Source: Pedobacter sp. (GTDB lineage: Bacteria > Desulfobacterota > Desulfuromonadia > Desulfuromonadales > Syntrophotaleaceae). Taken from it: DNA of 64,000 bases. The notes beneath the pieces were generated by a model. That model had not been told where the DNA came from. It worked only from the letters and a program-made list of their open reading frames with translations, and searched no databases. Numbering within the stretch: the stretch's first letter is position 1; every line of letters begins with the position of its first letter. The stretch lies in assembly GCA_050253415.1 (NCBI GenBank), contig JBFWJC010000002.1:128001-192000 (forward strand), read 5' to 3'. Shown here piece after piece: positions 39,607 to 48,252 of this stretch. Made by a program: the position numbers and the translations under genes.

Positions 39607-40205
39607 GTGTTCGTCTTGAGGGCCTTGATAAGGCTATGCGGATATTTGACGAACGAATCGTCAGTCGTGCAGCAAGCCAGACAATCAATGAGACGGTCCG
39701 TGGTGTTTGCACATCTACCAACAAAGAGATCCGCCAAGAGTGGAACGTCAAGTCTGCCGATCTCTCCAAAAAGTTACGGGCTATAAAGATGGCCCGAGCC
39801 ACAGACCTGGAAGGGATCGTCGAGGCACGCAGCACATCATTGAGCCTCAGTTATTTTGGTGCCAAGTCATATAGCGGCACCATGGTGCAGACAAGAACTG
39901 TTGGTAAGCGGTTGAAGCGGTCAAGCAGTCGAAGTGGTGTCTACGTGCAAATCAAGAGAGGCGAAGGCCAGACTCACAAGAAGAATGCCTTTATGACCGC
40001 AGTCAAGGCAGGCAAGGGGGGTGGCTATCACATCGGTGTGTTTGAGCGTGTGGGTAAATCACGTTTGCCCATCGTTGAACGTAAGGTCATCACCGTTGCC
40101 AGCATGTTCAACCAGGAGCCAGTGCAGCGCGTGGCAATCAAGACGATTGATGATGTCTTCCCCCGCAGGTTCAACCATCACATCGACAGGCTCATGTCAA
40201 AGTGA
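39600..40205 (+). CDS. Lambda gpZ-like minor tail/tail-completion protein
   Basis: Basic 201-aa protein with RAASQTIN, NAFM, GVFERVGKSRLPI motifs; GGAGG RBS. Confidence 0.7.
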   Translation: MLSVRLEGLDKAMRIFDERIVSRAASQTINETVRGVCTSTNKEIRQEWNVKSADLSKKLRAIKMARATDLEGIVEARSTSLSLSYFGAKSYSGTMVQTRTVGKRLKRSSSRSGVYVQIKRGEGQTHKKNAFMTAVKAGKGGGYHIGVFERVGKSRLPIVERKVITVASMFNQEPVQRVAIKTIDDVFPRRFNHHIDRLMSK

Positions 40206-40209
40206 TCAT

Positions 40210-40275
40210 GGGTCCTTCCAGGGGTCTGGCGCCATACGGGCAGCAAAGCCCCGGGCTTTGAGTCCATTTAAATTT
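40210..40275 (+). other. Candidate cos (packaging) site
   Basis: GGGTCCT (identical to lambda cosQ) ...TACG/GGCAGCAAAGCC followed by an AT-rich tract, spacing similar to lambda cosQ-cosN. Confidence 0.5.
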
Positions 40276-40313
40276 TTGGTTTTCGGTGAAATATTGAATA
40301 GGTTTGGGTAAAA

Positions 40314-40748
40314 ATGGCGAGTTTTCAGGAGGTTGCAAAAGTTGATACGGTGCGCGGTCGGGTTTCCTGGCTGCCGCCGGACGTGGTGGCCGAGTTGTCG
40401 GACCGGTTTTTCGATGCGCAAACCTGTACGGACTGGTTCCTTGCTCGCTGTTATCCGCAGGGGCCAGCATGTCCTCGCTGCGGGTCGGCGATCACCGGAG
40501 AGCGTGCTATCGACCGGTGGCGATCGCTGCAGCGCCTGACCTGCACGAGTTGCCAACGCAAAATCAAAGCGACCACCGGGACGCTGCTGCAGGAGGCGCA
40601 CCTCGATCCGCGCCAGCTGTTTGTGTTGCTGTCCATGCTCGGTCTCGGTGCTGATCCTGCTGCTGTCGCCCGTGTGATCGGTGTGACTGCGGCCACGGTT
40701 TTGGCATGGCGCGATAAAGTTGTCGCCCTGGCGGAGGTCGGCCTGTGA
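40314..40748 (+). CDS. IS1595-type Zn-ribbon + HTH protein without a DDE domain
   Basis: YPQGPACPRCGS...CTSCQRKIKATTGTLL, then VARVIGVTAATVLAWR. Confidence 0.7.
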   Translation: MASFQEVAKVDTVRGRVSWLPPDVVAELSDRFFDAQTCTDWFLARCYPQGPACPRCGSAITGERAIDRWRSLQRLTCTSCQRKIKATTGTLLQEAHLDPRQLFVLLSMLGLGADPAAVARVIGVTAATVLAWRDKVVALAEVGL

Positions 40749-42451
40749 GCGATACGCCCGACAAAGTTATTGACCTGGCCGCGCAAGTCGAGGCCAGGTT
40801 GCGACAAGAGGCCGCCGAGCTCGCCGCGGCAGAGGCGGAGCAAGTCGATCAAGACTCCACCGCCGGCGGTCCCGACGATCCGCGATTTGTCATGCAGTGC
40901 CTGGCCAACAACGAGCGTGGCGACGGGATTCTGTTCACCGCCCTGCAGCGTGGCCAGTTTGTCTACAACAAGACAAACGCTCTCTGGTATAGCTGGGCCG
41001 GTCATCACTGGGAAGTCGACAAGCTCAACCTGGCCACCACCGGCGTTGAATCCGTCGCGCTCAAGTATCTCGATCAGGCGGCCATGGTGCGGGCCGAACT
41101 CGATGAGTTGCGCAATGAGCTCGGCGCTCTGGAGACCCAAGCCGAAACCTGCCGCGCCGCCAAAGATCAGGCTGGTGCAGATGCCGCAACTGGTAAAGCC
41201 AAACGGCTCGCCAACCAGGTTGACGCGGCCGACCGAAAACTCAAAGGCCTTAACAAACGGGTCGAGCGCCTGCGCACCGTGCGCGGCGCATCCAACTGCC
41301 TCACCTGGGCCCACTGCGTCGAGCGGCCACTCGCCATCGTCGGCGATGAGATCGACAAAAAGCCCATGCTGCTCGCATGCAAAAACGGCGTCATCGACCT
41401 CGAGACAGGTCGCCTTCACCCAGGCAATCCATCCGACTACCTGGTGCGCGCCATCCCCGTCGAATATTACGGTATCGAACACGTCAACGAAGACTGGGAG
41501 AGGTTCCAGCGCGACATCCACCAGGACGACGAAGACTTTATCGGATTTGTGCGCCGTTACTTTGGCTACAGCATCACCGGCCTGACCAAAGAGCAGCACC
41601 TCGCCTGCTTTATCGGCGAAGGCGCCAACGGCAAAGGGACTATGTTCGAGACCCTCCACGAAGTCCTTGGAGAGCTCGCCTGGTCCATCGACCCAGAGAT
41701 GATCCTCGAGCAAAAAAACGCCAAAAGCTCCGCAGGCCCATCACCGGATATCGTCTCCCTATATGGCCGCCGCCTTGTCATCGCCTCCGAGACAGACCCA
41801 AACCGCCGCATCAGCGGAGCCAAAGTCAAACGCCTCACAGGATCCGACACACTTACCGGACGCGCCCCGCACGACAAGTACGAAATCAACTTTATCCCGA
41901 CCCATACCCTTGCCGCCATAACCAACCACGCGCCCAGGGGATTAGCCGCCGACTTTGCCCTTTTCCGGCGCCTGCTCTACCTCAACTACCCGCTGCGCTA
42001 CGTCGCAGACCCAGAACTCGAAGCCCGCAGCGACCCGCAAAACGCCGGCATCTATCGCCAACGCGACCCAGATCTGCCAGCCAAGCTGCTCGCCAATAAA
42101 CCCGGCATCCTCGCCTGGCTGGTTCGCGGATGCCTCGAATGGCAACGCGACGGACTCAAGCCACCGGAACAACTCCGCGCCGCCGCCGAAGAGATCCGCC
42201 GCAACGAAGACCACCTCGCCAGATTTATCGACGACAACTGCGAGCGCGTGGATGCAGACCGGCGCATCATGTTCAAAGCCCTGTACGCCAACTTTGACCA
42301 ATGGTTCGCCGACAACGTCGATGAAGACAAACGCTACCGCCCAGGCAAAAAAGCCATCGGCGATCAGCTGCGCCGCAAAGGCTACCGCGTCGAAAACAGC
42401 GGCGGGCAGGTCTACGTCTACGGCCTCACCATCGAAGGATGCTACGCATGA
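40745..42451 (+). CDS. P4/D5-family SF3 helicase (phage/plasmid primase C-terminal type)
   Basis: LACKNGVIDL, GEGANGKGT Walker A, GRRLVIASE, VKRLTGSD, TNHAP. Confidence 0.9.
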   Translation: MSDTPDKVIDLAAQVEARLRQEAAELAAAEAEQVDQDSTAGGPDDPRFVMQCLANNERGDGILFTALQRGQFVYNKTNALWYSWAGHHWEVDKLNLATTGVESVALKYLDQAAMVRAELDELRNELGALETQAETCRAAKDQAGADAATGKAKRLANQVDAADRKLKGLNKRVERLRTVRGASNCLTWAHCVERPLAIVGDEIDKKPMLLACKNGVIDLETGRLHPGNPSDYLVRAIPVEYYGIEHVNEDWERFQRDIHQDDEDFIGFVRRYFGYSITGLTKEQHLACFIGEGANGKGTMFETLHEVLGELAWSIDPEMILEQKNAKSSAGPSPDIVSLYGRRLVIASETDPNRRISGAKVKRLTGSDTLTGRAPHDKYEINFIPTHTLAAITNHAPRGLAADFALFRRLLYLNYPLRYVADPELEARSDPQNAGIYRQRDPDLPAKLLANKPGILAWLVRGCLEWQRDGLKPPEQLRAAAEEIRRNEDHLARFIDDNCERVDADRRIMFKALYANFDQWFADNVDEDKRYRPGKKAIGDQLRRKGYRVENSGGQVYVYGLTIEGCYA

Positions 42452-42496
42452 TGACCGTTTTCGCGCTGGACAGGTCCGAACAGGGGGCAAGGGGCC

Positions 42497-42798
42497 ATGA
42501 TCATATGATTATCGAAAAGACGTCAAATAATCATCATCATGGTTGTAACTATCCGGAAACACACAGGAATGATGCCGAATATGATCATATGATGATAATC
42601 CACAGAACTAGCTCTTCGCGTGCGCGTGCGCGCGCGTTAAGTATAAGCACTCCGTTATAGTCTGATTATTTTTTTATATTTCAAAGTTACTAGGAAAATA
42701 ATCATATCGTCATAATCGACCAAAAAAGAAAAGAAAAACAAACACTTAAAACCATGATGATGATTTTGAAGGAAAAAACACGATAATCATCATCATGG
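42497..42798. other. Probable phage replication origin
   Basis: AT-rich non-coding stretch between helicase and primase with repeated ATCATCATCATGG / TGATCATATGAT motifs in both orientations. Confidence 0.6.
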
Positions 42799-44250
42799 AT
42801 GGATAAAAAGATGACCGTCCTCGATCTCGCCCAAAACCGCATATCCGGACTCAAAAAGAAAACCGCCAAAGAATGGGCCGGGCCTTGCCCTGTTTGCGGA
42901 GGTACCGACCGGTTCCTTGTTTGGACCCACCGCGACGCCTGGCACTGCCGTGGCTGCGACAAAAGCGGCGACGCTATCGAGTTTTTGCGCATGGTCGATG
43001 GACTGTCCTGCCCCGACGCCCACGAAGCCCTTGGCAAGCCATGCGACTCGTCCAGCTGCGGTGCCCGTGACAAATGTCGCCTCGGTGATGGCAAAACCGG
43101 TGCCACTCGCCGCGATCCGCTGCGTGTGACACCCTCTGTCAAACCCGAGCGCACCGACGACTGGACCCCGTCCACCGCCACCGACCCCGCCGCACAGTGG
43201 GCCGAAAAAGCCGAAGCCCTCACCACCTGGGCCCATGAGCAACTACTCGCCAACGCCGACCAGCTTGCTTTCCTCGCCGCGCGCGGTCTGCCCATCGAAG
43301 CCGTCAAACAATTCCGCCTCGGCTGGGTGCCCAAAGACCTCTACCGCGAACGTGGCGCCTGGGGCCTGTCCACCGACGAGATCAGCGAGCGCACCGGAAA
43401 GCCCAAAAAACTGTGGATACCCCAAGGCATCCTGATCCCCTTTACCGCCGACGCCCAGCTACACCGCATCCGTATCCGCCGCCACAAAGTCGAAGGAGAC
43501 CAGCCCCGTTATTACTGGCTGCCCGGCAGCGGCAACGACGTCGTGCTCATCAACCCCACGGCCCGCGCCTTTGTCGTCGTCGAATCCGACCTCGACGGGC
43601 TCGCCGTGGTGCATGCCGCCAGCGACCTGGTCGGCAGCGTACCCCTTGGCACCTGCAGCGCAAAACCCAAAGAGCACGCCAACGAGATCCTAAGCCGCGC
43701 CCTCAGCATCCTCGTCGCCCTCGATTTTGACAGCCCCGACGCCAAAGGGCAGCGCCCGGGCTCAAAAGCCTGGCCATGGTGGCGCGAGCACTTCCCACGC
43801 GCCGATCGCTGGCCCGTCCCAGCCGGTAAAGACCCCGGCGACTACGTCAAAGACCACGGCGGCGATCTGCGCGCCTGGGTCGAAGCCGGCCTGCGCAAAT
43901 TCTGCCCGGCCCTCACCATCCAACCGCCACCGACCGCCACAAACCATGTGGAAAAACCGGAAGAGGCCGCGGCCGATCACCTGACCGACGATGAGCCAGT
44001 GACCCTTCCGACCCATCACAAAGGCATCAGCGCCGGCGGTCATGACTACATCATCGCACACCAGGCCGACCATGCCCCCATGCTGATGGACGCCTACCCC
44101 GGCGTTCCGGTTTTTACCCTGGCCGAGATCGAGCAGCTTAAAGGGATGACAAAACAACAGGCGGAAATAGTTTTGTTGGCCAAGAAGGCATTAGGCGCCG
44201 ACACCGAAGTGCTCGAGACACGGCCATTAAAAAAGACGGAACCTCAATAA
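42799..44250 (+). CDS. Primase (Zn-binding domain + Toprim)
   Basis: GPCPVCGGTDRF..WHCRGC, VVVESDLD, VALDFD, GKDPGD. Confidence 0.85.
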   Translation: MDKKMTVLDLAQNRISGLKKKTAKEWAGPCPVCGGTDRFLVWTHRDAWHCRGCDKSGDAIEFLRMVDGLSCPDAHEALGKPCDSSSCGARDKCRLGDGKTGATRRDPLRVTPSVKPERTDDWTPSTATDPAAQWAEKAEALTTWAHEQLLANADQLAFLAARGLPIEAVKQFRLGWVPKDLYRERGAWGLSTDEISERTGKPKKLWIPQGILIPFTADAQLHRIRIRRHKVEGDQPRYYWLPGSGNDVVLINPTARAFVVVESDLDGLAVVHAASDLVGSVPLGTCSAKPKEHANEILSRALSILVALDFDSPDAKGQRPGSKAWPWWREHFPRADRWPVPAGKDPGDYVKDHGGDLRAWVEAGLRKFCPALTIQPPPTATNHVEKPEEAAADHLTDDEPVTLPTHHKGISAGGHDYIIAHQADHAPMLMDAYPGVPVFTLAEIEQLKGMTKQQAEIVLLAKKALGADTEVLETRPLKKTEPQ

Positions 44251-44312
44251 GCGACACATCAGAGCCCGACATGTTATTGGGCCGATCAAAAGCAAGCCAA
44301 CGAACAAAGGAG

Positions 44313-44699
44313 ATGAGGATGGACGAACAACAAAACAGCAAAGTCCAGGTGGAAGTAGGGCGCATGTCCCTGGCCACCCTGGCAGGAGGGGCAGCCGTCG
44401 AGAAATTCGACGCCGAGCTCGAACGCGTACTGCAAAACATCGCCGACATCAATACCACTGGCGGAGACCGGAGTATCACACTTAAAGTCACGCTTAAACC
44501 GGACGCCGAAAGATCCTTCTGCCGGGTGAGCGTCCAGGTTAGCAGCCGCCTGCAGCCTGAAGAACCCTTCGGCACTCAGATGTTCCTCGGTCGCGAAGGA
44601 GGCCGCACCGTCGCTTTTGAGCACAACCCCGAACAGCTAAAACTTGGTTACCATCCCCACGAAGTCAAACCACAAGCCATTCGCCTCGGAGGCAAATAA
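44313..44699 (+). CDS. Conserved phage protein
   Basis: LAGGAAVEKFDAELERVLQNIADINT...RSITLKVTLKPD; AAGGAG RBS. Confidence 0.75.
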   Translation: MRMDEQQNSKVQVEVGRMSLATLAGGAAVEKFDAELERVLQNIADINTTGGDRSITLKVTLKPDAERSFCRVSVQVSSRLQPEEPFGTQMFLGREGGRTVAFEHNPEQLKLGYHPHEVKPQAIRLGGK

Positions 44700-44700
44700 C

Positions 44701-45414
44701 ATGTTGGAAAAATTTCTTAACCGACTCATAGAGCTTAAACGACCCGAAACCGTCGAGATCGATGGACGTCAATACACCACCGCCAAACTGTACCCCGTCG
44801 AAGATCCGACCCCGGCCGCGATCACGGTGCATACCTTGGCCAGTCTTGCCACCTACATCAAAGATCATCCCGCCGATCTTCCTCCGGTCGATCAGCTGAT
44901 CCTGTCCGTCGACTCGCCGGTGCGCGTTGATCTGCTCAGCCATGGTGCCGGATACTTCAACCAGCGCCGCCACTGCGCCGCCGCAACCGTGTTGCCCGAT
45001 GAATTCCCCTTCGGTTGCTACATGCCACAGGAAGAATTCGTCATCGCCATGATGACCCGCTTCGTCCGCGACAAAATGGTCGACGATATCATGGCCGTGG
45101 CCGGAAATCTGAGCGCCGACACCAATCTGGCCATCGAAGACGACGGCGTTTCCCAACGTCTCAACGTCAAGGCCGGTATCTCACGCAAAAGCGAAGTCGT
45201 CGTCGAAAACCCCGTCACTCTGCGCCCCTACCGCACATTCATCGAAGTCGAACAGCCCGAATGCCAGCTGGTGCTGCGCTTCAAAAAAGACCGCGAAGGT
45301 GTCCCCCAGTGCGCCCTGTTTGAAGCCGATGGAGGCCTGTGGAAGAACAAAGCCGCCGACAATATCGCAACCTGGCTGCGGCAAAACGTACCCGGAGTAA
45401 GCGTCCTGGCCTGA
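44701..45414 (+). CDS. Conserved phage protein (partner of the upstream ORF)
   Basis: DDGVSQ, NPVTLRPYRTF.EVEQP, ALFEADGG.WK; GGAGG RBS. Confidence 0.8.
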   Translation: MLEKFLNRLIELKRPETVEIDGRQYTTAKLYPVEDPTPAAITVHTLASLATYIKDHPADLPPVDQLILSVDSPVRVDLLSHGAGYFNQRRHCAAATVLPDEFPFGCYMPQEEFVIAMMTRFVRDKMVDDIMAVAGNLSADTNLAIEDDGVSQRLNVKAGISRKSEVVVENPVTLRPYRTFIEVEQPECQLVLRFKKDREGVPQCALFEADGGLWKNKAADNIATWLRQNVPGVSVLA

Positions 45415-45468
45415 CATTGCCCGATGCCCGGGGTCACTACGGCCCCGGGTAAAATCACGGAGAAAACC

Positions 45469-45939
45469 ATGAGACCACTCACCCGCACCGAATGCCAAGG
45501 CCCGTTTGTCCTGTCGCTGATCTGCGCCCTTGCCAATGGCCTGCAGCAAGCCGAACCCGTCAAGCACAGCGCCCGCGTAAACCGCCTGGCCAAAGTCGAA
45601 GAGACCGCCATGCGCGCCATCGACTTTTATCCGGATGCCGAACTGACGCCCCAGGTGCAGGAGTTGGCCGCCGAGTTTTTCGACCGGGTGGAAAAAATAT
45701 TCGTAGAGACTGTTGCGCCGCCTTTGGTCATGGATGAAAAACGCCAGAGCCAGATCGCCGCCCTGATCAGCACCAGCGTCGATGATTGCCGCAGCACCAT
45801 CGCCCTGATGGACGATGCAAGTTTACTGCAGGCTGTGCTGGACCATATGGATAAAAACAACATCGACGGAAAAACCCGCCGACAGGTCATCGCGCGAAGG
45901 ATCCGGGCGATCAATAAGCAGGCCAGCCAATGTGCATGA
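45469..45939 (+). CDS. Hypothetical phage protein
   Basis: GGAG RBS; phage-like codon usage. Confidence 0.65.
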   Translation: MRPLTRTECQGPFVLSLICALANGLQQAEPVKHSARVNRLAKVEETAMRAIDFYPDAELTPQVQELAAEFFDRVEKIFVETVAPPLVMDEKRQSQIAALISTSVDDCRSTIALMDDASLLQAVLDHMDKNNIDGKTRRQVIARRIRAINKQASQCA

Positions 45940-46058
45940 ACCGCCAGCCACTAAGCCCGAAAGTTTGCCCCATCTGCGGCGGATATCTCGCCACCATCGG
46001 CAACAAGACCCGCGAGTGCGAGCAATGCGGATACCGCCGCAAGGAGAAAACCAAATGA
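45936..46058 (+). CDS. Small Zn-ribbon protein (40 aa)
   Basis: MNRQPLSPKVCPICGG...ECEQCGY; ATGA overlaps at both ends. Confidence 0.6.
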   Translation: MNRQPLSPKVCPICGGYLATIGNKTRECEQCGYRRKEKTK

Positions 46059-46639
46059 CCAACCCAGCCGCCACCCCGCAACCCATGTCCCGCCAAGGTC
46101 GTCAAAACGTCCTGCCCGAAGTCATCAAAGACCTCGAAGCCCGCACCGCCGTCGGCATTACCAAATACGGCACCCAACTGCAAACCCACAACGGCCGTGA
46201 CGCCCTGATCGATGCCTACCAGGAATCCCTCGACCAGGTGCAATATCTCAAACAGGTACTCATGGAGCGCGACAACCCCGCACCCGAATACAACTGGCCC
46301 GAGACCATCTTTGTCCGGCAAAACACCACCGCCCAGCAACTCGACCATATCCTCAGCGAGGTCGACGAAATCAACCAGATCGGGCCCCATATCGATCCAG
46401 ACGGTAGCCCCAACGACCCGATCCTGCGACACCTGCACATGAAGGTCGCCGACCTGCACCACAGCATCGAGACCTACTGGCGCAAACTAGAGATTGAGCG
46501 CGGGCCCGAATACGTCTCCGCCGTGTTCCAAGCCGTCGAGGATGAAAGCAGGGTGCGCGGATATTACGACCTGGATCCCATCGAAGAACCGCTGCCATGC
46601 CTTGCCGGACCGTTTGGGTTGATGCCCCAGGGAGTTTGA
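46055..46639 (+). CDS. Hypothetical phage protein
   Basis: AAGGAG RBS; R..VGITKYGT.L...NGRDALIDAYQESLD motif. Confidence 0.7.
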   Translation: MTNPAATPQPMSRQGRQNVLPEVIKDLEARTAVGITKYGTQLQTHNGRDALIDAYQESLDQVQYLKQVLMERDNPAPEYNWPETIFVRQNTTAQQLDHILSEVDEINQIGPHIDPDGSPNDPILRHLHMKVADLHHSIETYWRKLEIERGPEYVSAVFQAVEDESRVRGYYDLDPIEEPLPCLAGPFGLMPQGV

Positions 46640-46644
46640 CAGGT

Positions 46645-46833
46645 ATGGCCACAGATCCGGCCCGCGCCAAAAAGCGCACCCTGGCCCAGTGGCGCCACGA
46701 GCAACGCCAATCCTGCCGAGCCAGACCATGCTCCGCCGTCGCCGAAATGCTCGCAACCGGCAAGACCGCCGGCCAGATCCGCTGCGTGATCTGCGTGTGG
46801 GAAGGCCAGATCAAAAAGATAGCGCCGCAGTAA
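46645..46833 (+). CDS. Small hypothetical protein
   Basis: GGAG RBS; last gene before the cassette array. Confidence 0.5.
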   Translation: MATDPARAKKRTLAQWRHEQRQSCRARPCSAVAEMLATGKTAGQIRCVICVWEGQIKKIAPQ

Positions 46834-46863
46834 AAGCGATTTGACTGTGAGATAGCTGCGGCA

Positions 46864-46888
46864 TCCCGCCGCCGTGGTGGCGGCGGGA
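46864..46888 (+). terminator. GC-rich hairpin immediately before the cassette array
   Basis: TCCCGCCGCC-gtggt-GGCGGCGGGA, weak U-tract. Confidence 0.45.
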
Positions 46889-46893
46889 AGATT

Positions 46894-46995
46894 TTGAAAC
46901 GCCAAGGTAAGACGCGCCGCACTTCCGACGGCGCACCACTAAATTTAACGCGAACCTGCCAGCTATTGCGCGTCGTCTTGACCGGCTGGTTGTGC
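46894..46995 (-). other. attC-like site 1
   Basis: + strand: TTGAAAC-GCCAA-GGTAAGAC ... GTCTTGACC-GGCTG-GTTGTGC; one extra base in the right inner box. Confidence 0.8.
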
Positions 46996-47013
46996 CCGCC
47001 TACGGAGGAGTGA

Positions 47014-47253
47014 ATGAAGATCTGGTTTGTAGGAAAGCCGATTGTTGTTGATGGAGAAGAACTTGGCTGGATGCCGGAAGGGGCTTTTGAGACAGAAGAG
47101 GAGGCGGCGAAGGTTGCCACAGATGCCGAATTTATCGTACTGGCCGAGGTTGGAGGAAGATTTCCAGAAAAAGCCACAGATGCCGAAAAGCTGTATTACC
47201 CGAAACTGGAGCGGTGGGAGGATAGCGCCCTTTACAAGATGCGGAATCAGTAA
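47014..47253 (+). CDS. Cassette 1 hypothetical protein
   Basis: GGAGGAG RBS; flanked by GTTGTGC / GAACAAC. Confidence 0.75.
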   Translation: MKIWFVGKPIVVDGEELGWMPEGAFETEEEAAKVATDAEFIVLAEVGGRFPEKATDAEKLYYPKLERWEDSALYKMRNQ

Positions 47254-47255
47254 GG

Positions 47256-47330
47256 GAACAACGCCTGCCGATCAGCGGTGAACGAAGGAGCGCAGCGGAT
47301 GAGTTATCCGCTGCATGGGCCTTGTTAAAC
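47256..47330 (-). other. attC-like site 2
   Basis: GAACAAC...GATCAGCGG...GCGCAGC...CCGCTGCATG...GTTAAAC. Confidence 0.78.
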
Positions 47331-47350
47331 AGCCATAAGGAAATGGTCAA

Positions 47351-47737
47351 ATGACACGATTTAAATTTAGAGCATGGGACTCCGTGAACAAGGAAATGCT
47401 TGACGCAAATACTGGATGTTTTTTCTACGAAGAAGACAACGGTTTCCATTGTGGATACCTGGCTGGTGTCAACGCTCCTGCTGATGTTGCGGGGGATTGG
47501 GTTGAATGCCCTGTGATGCAATGGACCGGGATCCGTGACAAAAACGGCATCGAGATTTACGAGGGTGACATTGTAAACCTTGACACTCTTTGCAAATACG
47601 AAGGCGGTGGGACTATTTGGAGAATTAAGCCGCACAAGGTTGTTTTTGAACGCCAGAGATGGCTCCCGGATAGACTGTCGGAGTCTGAAATTATTGGCAA
47701 CATCTACGAACACCCTGAGCTGGTCGGGGCAGTTTAA
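47351..47737 (+). CDS. Cassette 2: YopX-family protein
   Basis: KFRAWD, MQWTGIRDKNG.EIYEGDIV, EIIGNIYEHPEL. Confidence 0.88.
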   Translation: MTRFKFRAWDSVNKEMLDANTGCFFYEEDNGFHCGYLAGVNAPADVAGDWVECPVMQWTGIRDKNGIEIYEGDIVNLDTLCKYEGGGTIWRIKPHKVVFERQRWLPDRLSESEIIGNIYEHPELVGAV

Positions 47738-47865
47738 CGCTTGAGATCACGGGATTGCGGAGGAAACTATGACAATTGATATGGATATGCCATTTGGCGA
47801 GTTTGCACGGAAACACCTTGATACCGGCGCGGGTAGCAATTCCGCTGTGGATCGACTGGTTAAAT
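47732..47865 (-). other. attC-like site 3 (contains RBS and start of cassette 3 gene)
   Basis: GTTTAAC-GCTTGA-GATCACGGGATTGC ... GCAATTCCGCTGTGGATC-GACTG-GTTAAAT. Confidence 0.8.
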
Positions 47866-48164
47866 CGCCGCCGGTAGTCTGCCTGTGCGGATCTACTCGT
47901 TTTTTCGATGCGTTCAGAGACGCGAATCGCGCCGAAACGATGGAGGGAAAGATCGTGCTTGCTCCCGGAGTGTTTGGCCATTGCGGCGATCCATTGACTG
48001 ACGACGATAAGTTGCGGCTAGATATTTTGCACTATTGGAAAATTGACCTGGCCGACGAGGTGCTTGTGCTCAATGTTGGCGGGTACATTGGCAGCAGCAC
48101 CCAAAACGAAATCGAGTATGCCAAGCGAACCGGGAAACCTGTGCGCTTTCTTGAGGCGATTTAA
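47769..48164 (+). CDS. Cassette 3: nucleoside 2-deoxyribosyltransferase-like fold protein
   Basis: VCLCGSTRF, KIDLADEVLVLNVGGYIGSST..EIEYAK..GKPV. Confidence 0.7.
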   Translation: MTIDMDMPFGEFARKHLDTGAGSNSAVDRLVKSPPVVCLCGSTRFFDAFRDANRAETMEGKIVLAPGVFGHCGDPLTDDDKLRLDILHYWKIDLADEVLVLNVGGYIGSSTQNEIEYAKRTGKPVRFLEAI

Positions 48165-48218
48165 CGACTTAGTATGAGCGCGCCTGCGTAGCAGGTCCGC
48201 TCGATGCGCTGGTTCTAA
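48159..48218 (-). other. attC-like site 4
   Basis: ATTTAAC...TATGAGCG-CGCCTGCGTAGCAGGTC-CGCTCGATG-CGCTG-GTTCTAA. Confidence 0.82.
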
Positions 48219-48252
48219 AGGGTTTTCGCGCTCGGCGAAGCCGATAGGGGGT

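Noticed and set aside
40314..40748. Active IS1595 insertion sequence
   Set aside because: No DDE domain, TIRs or target duplication visible
46634..46900. Gene 46645-46833 as an additional cassette
   Set aside because: Upstream GTTTGAC matches the TTGAAAC box at only 5/7, no attC precedes it, and its composition is backbone-like
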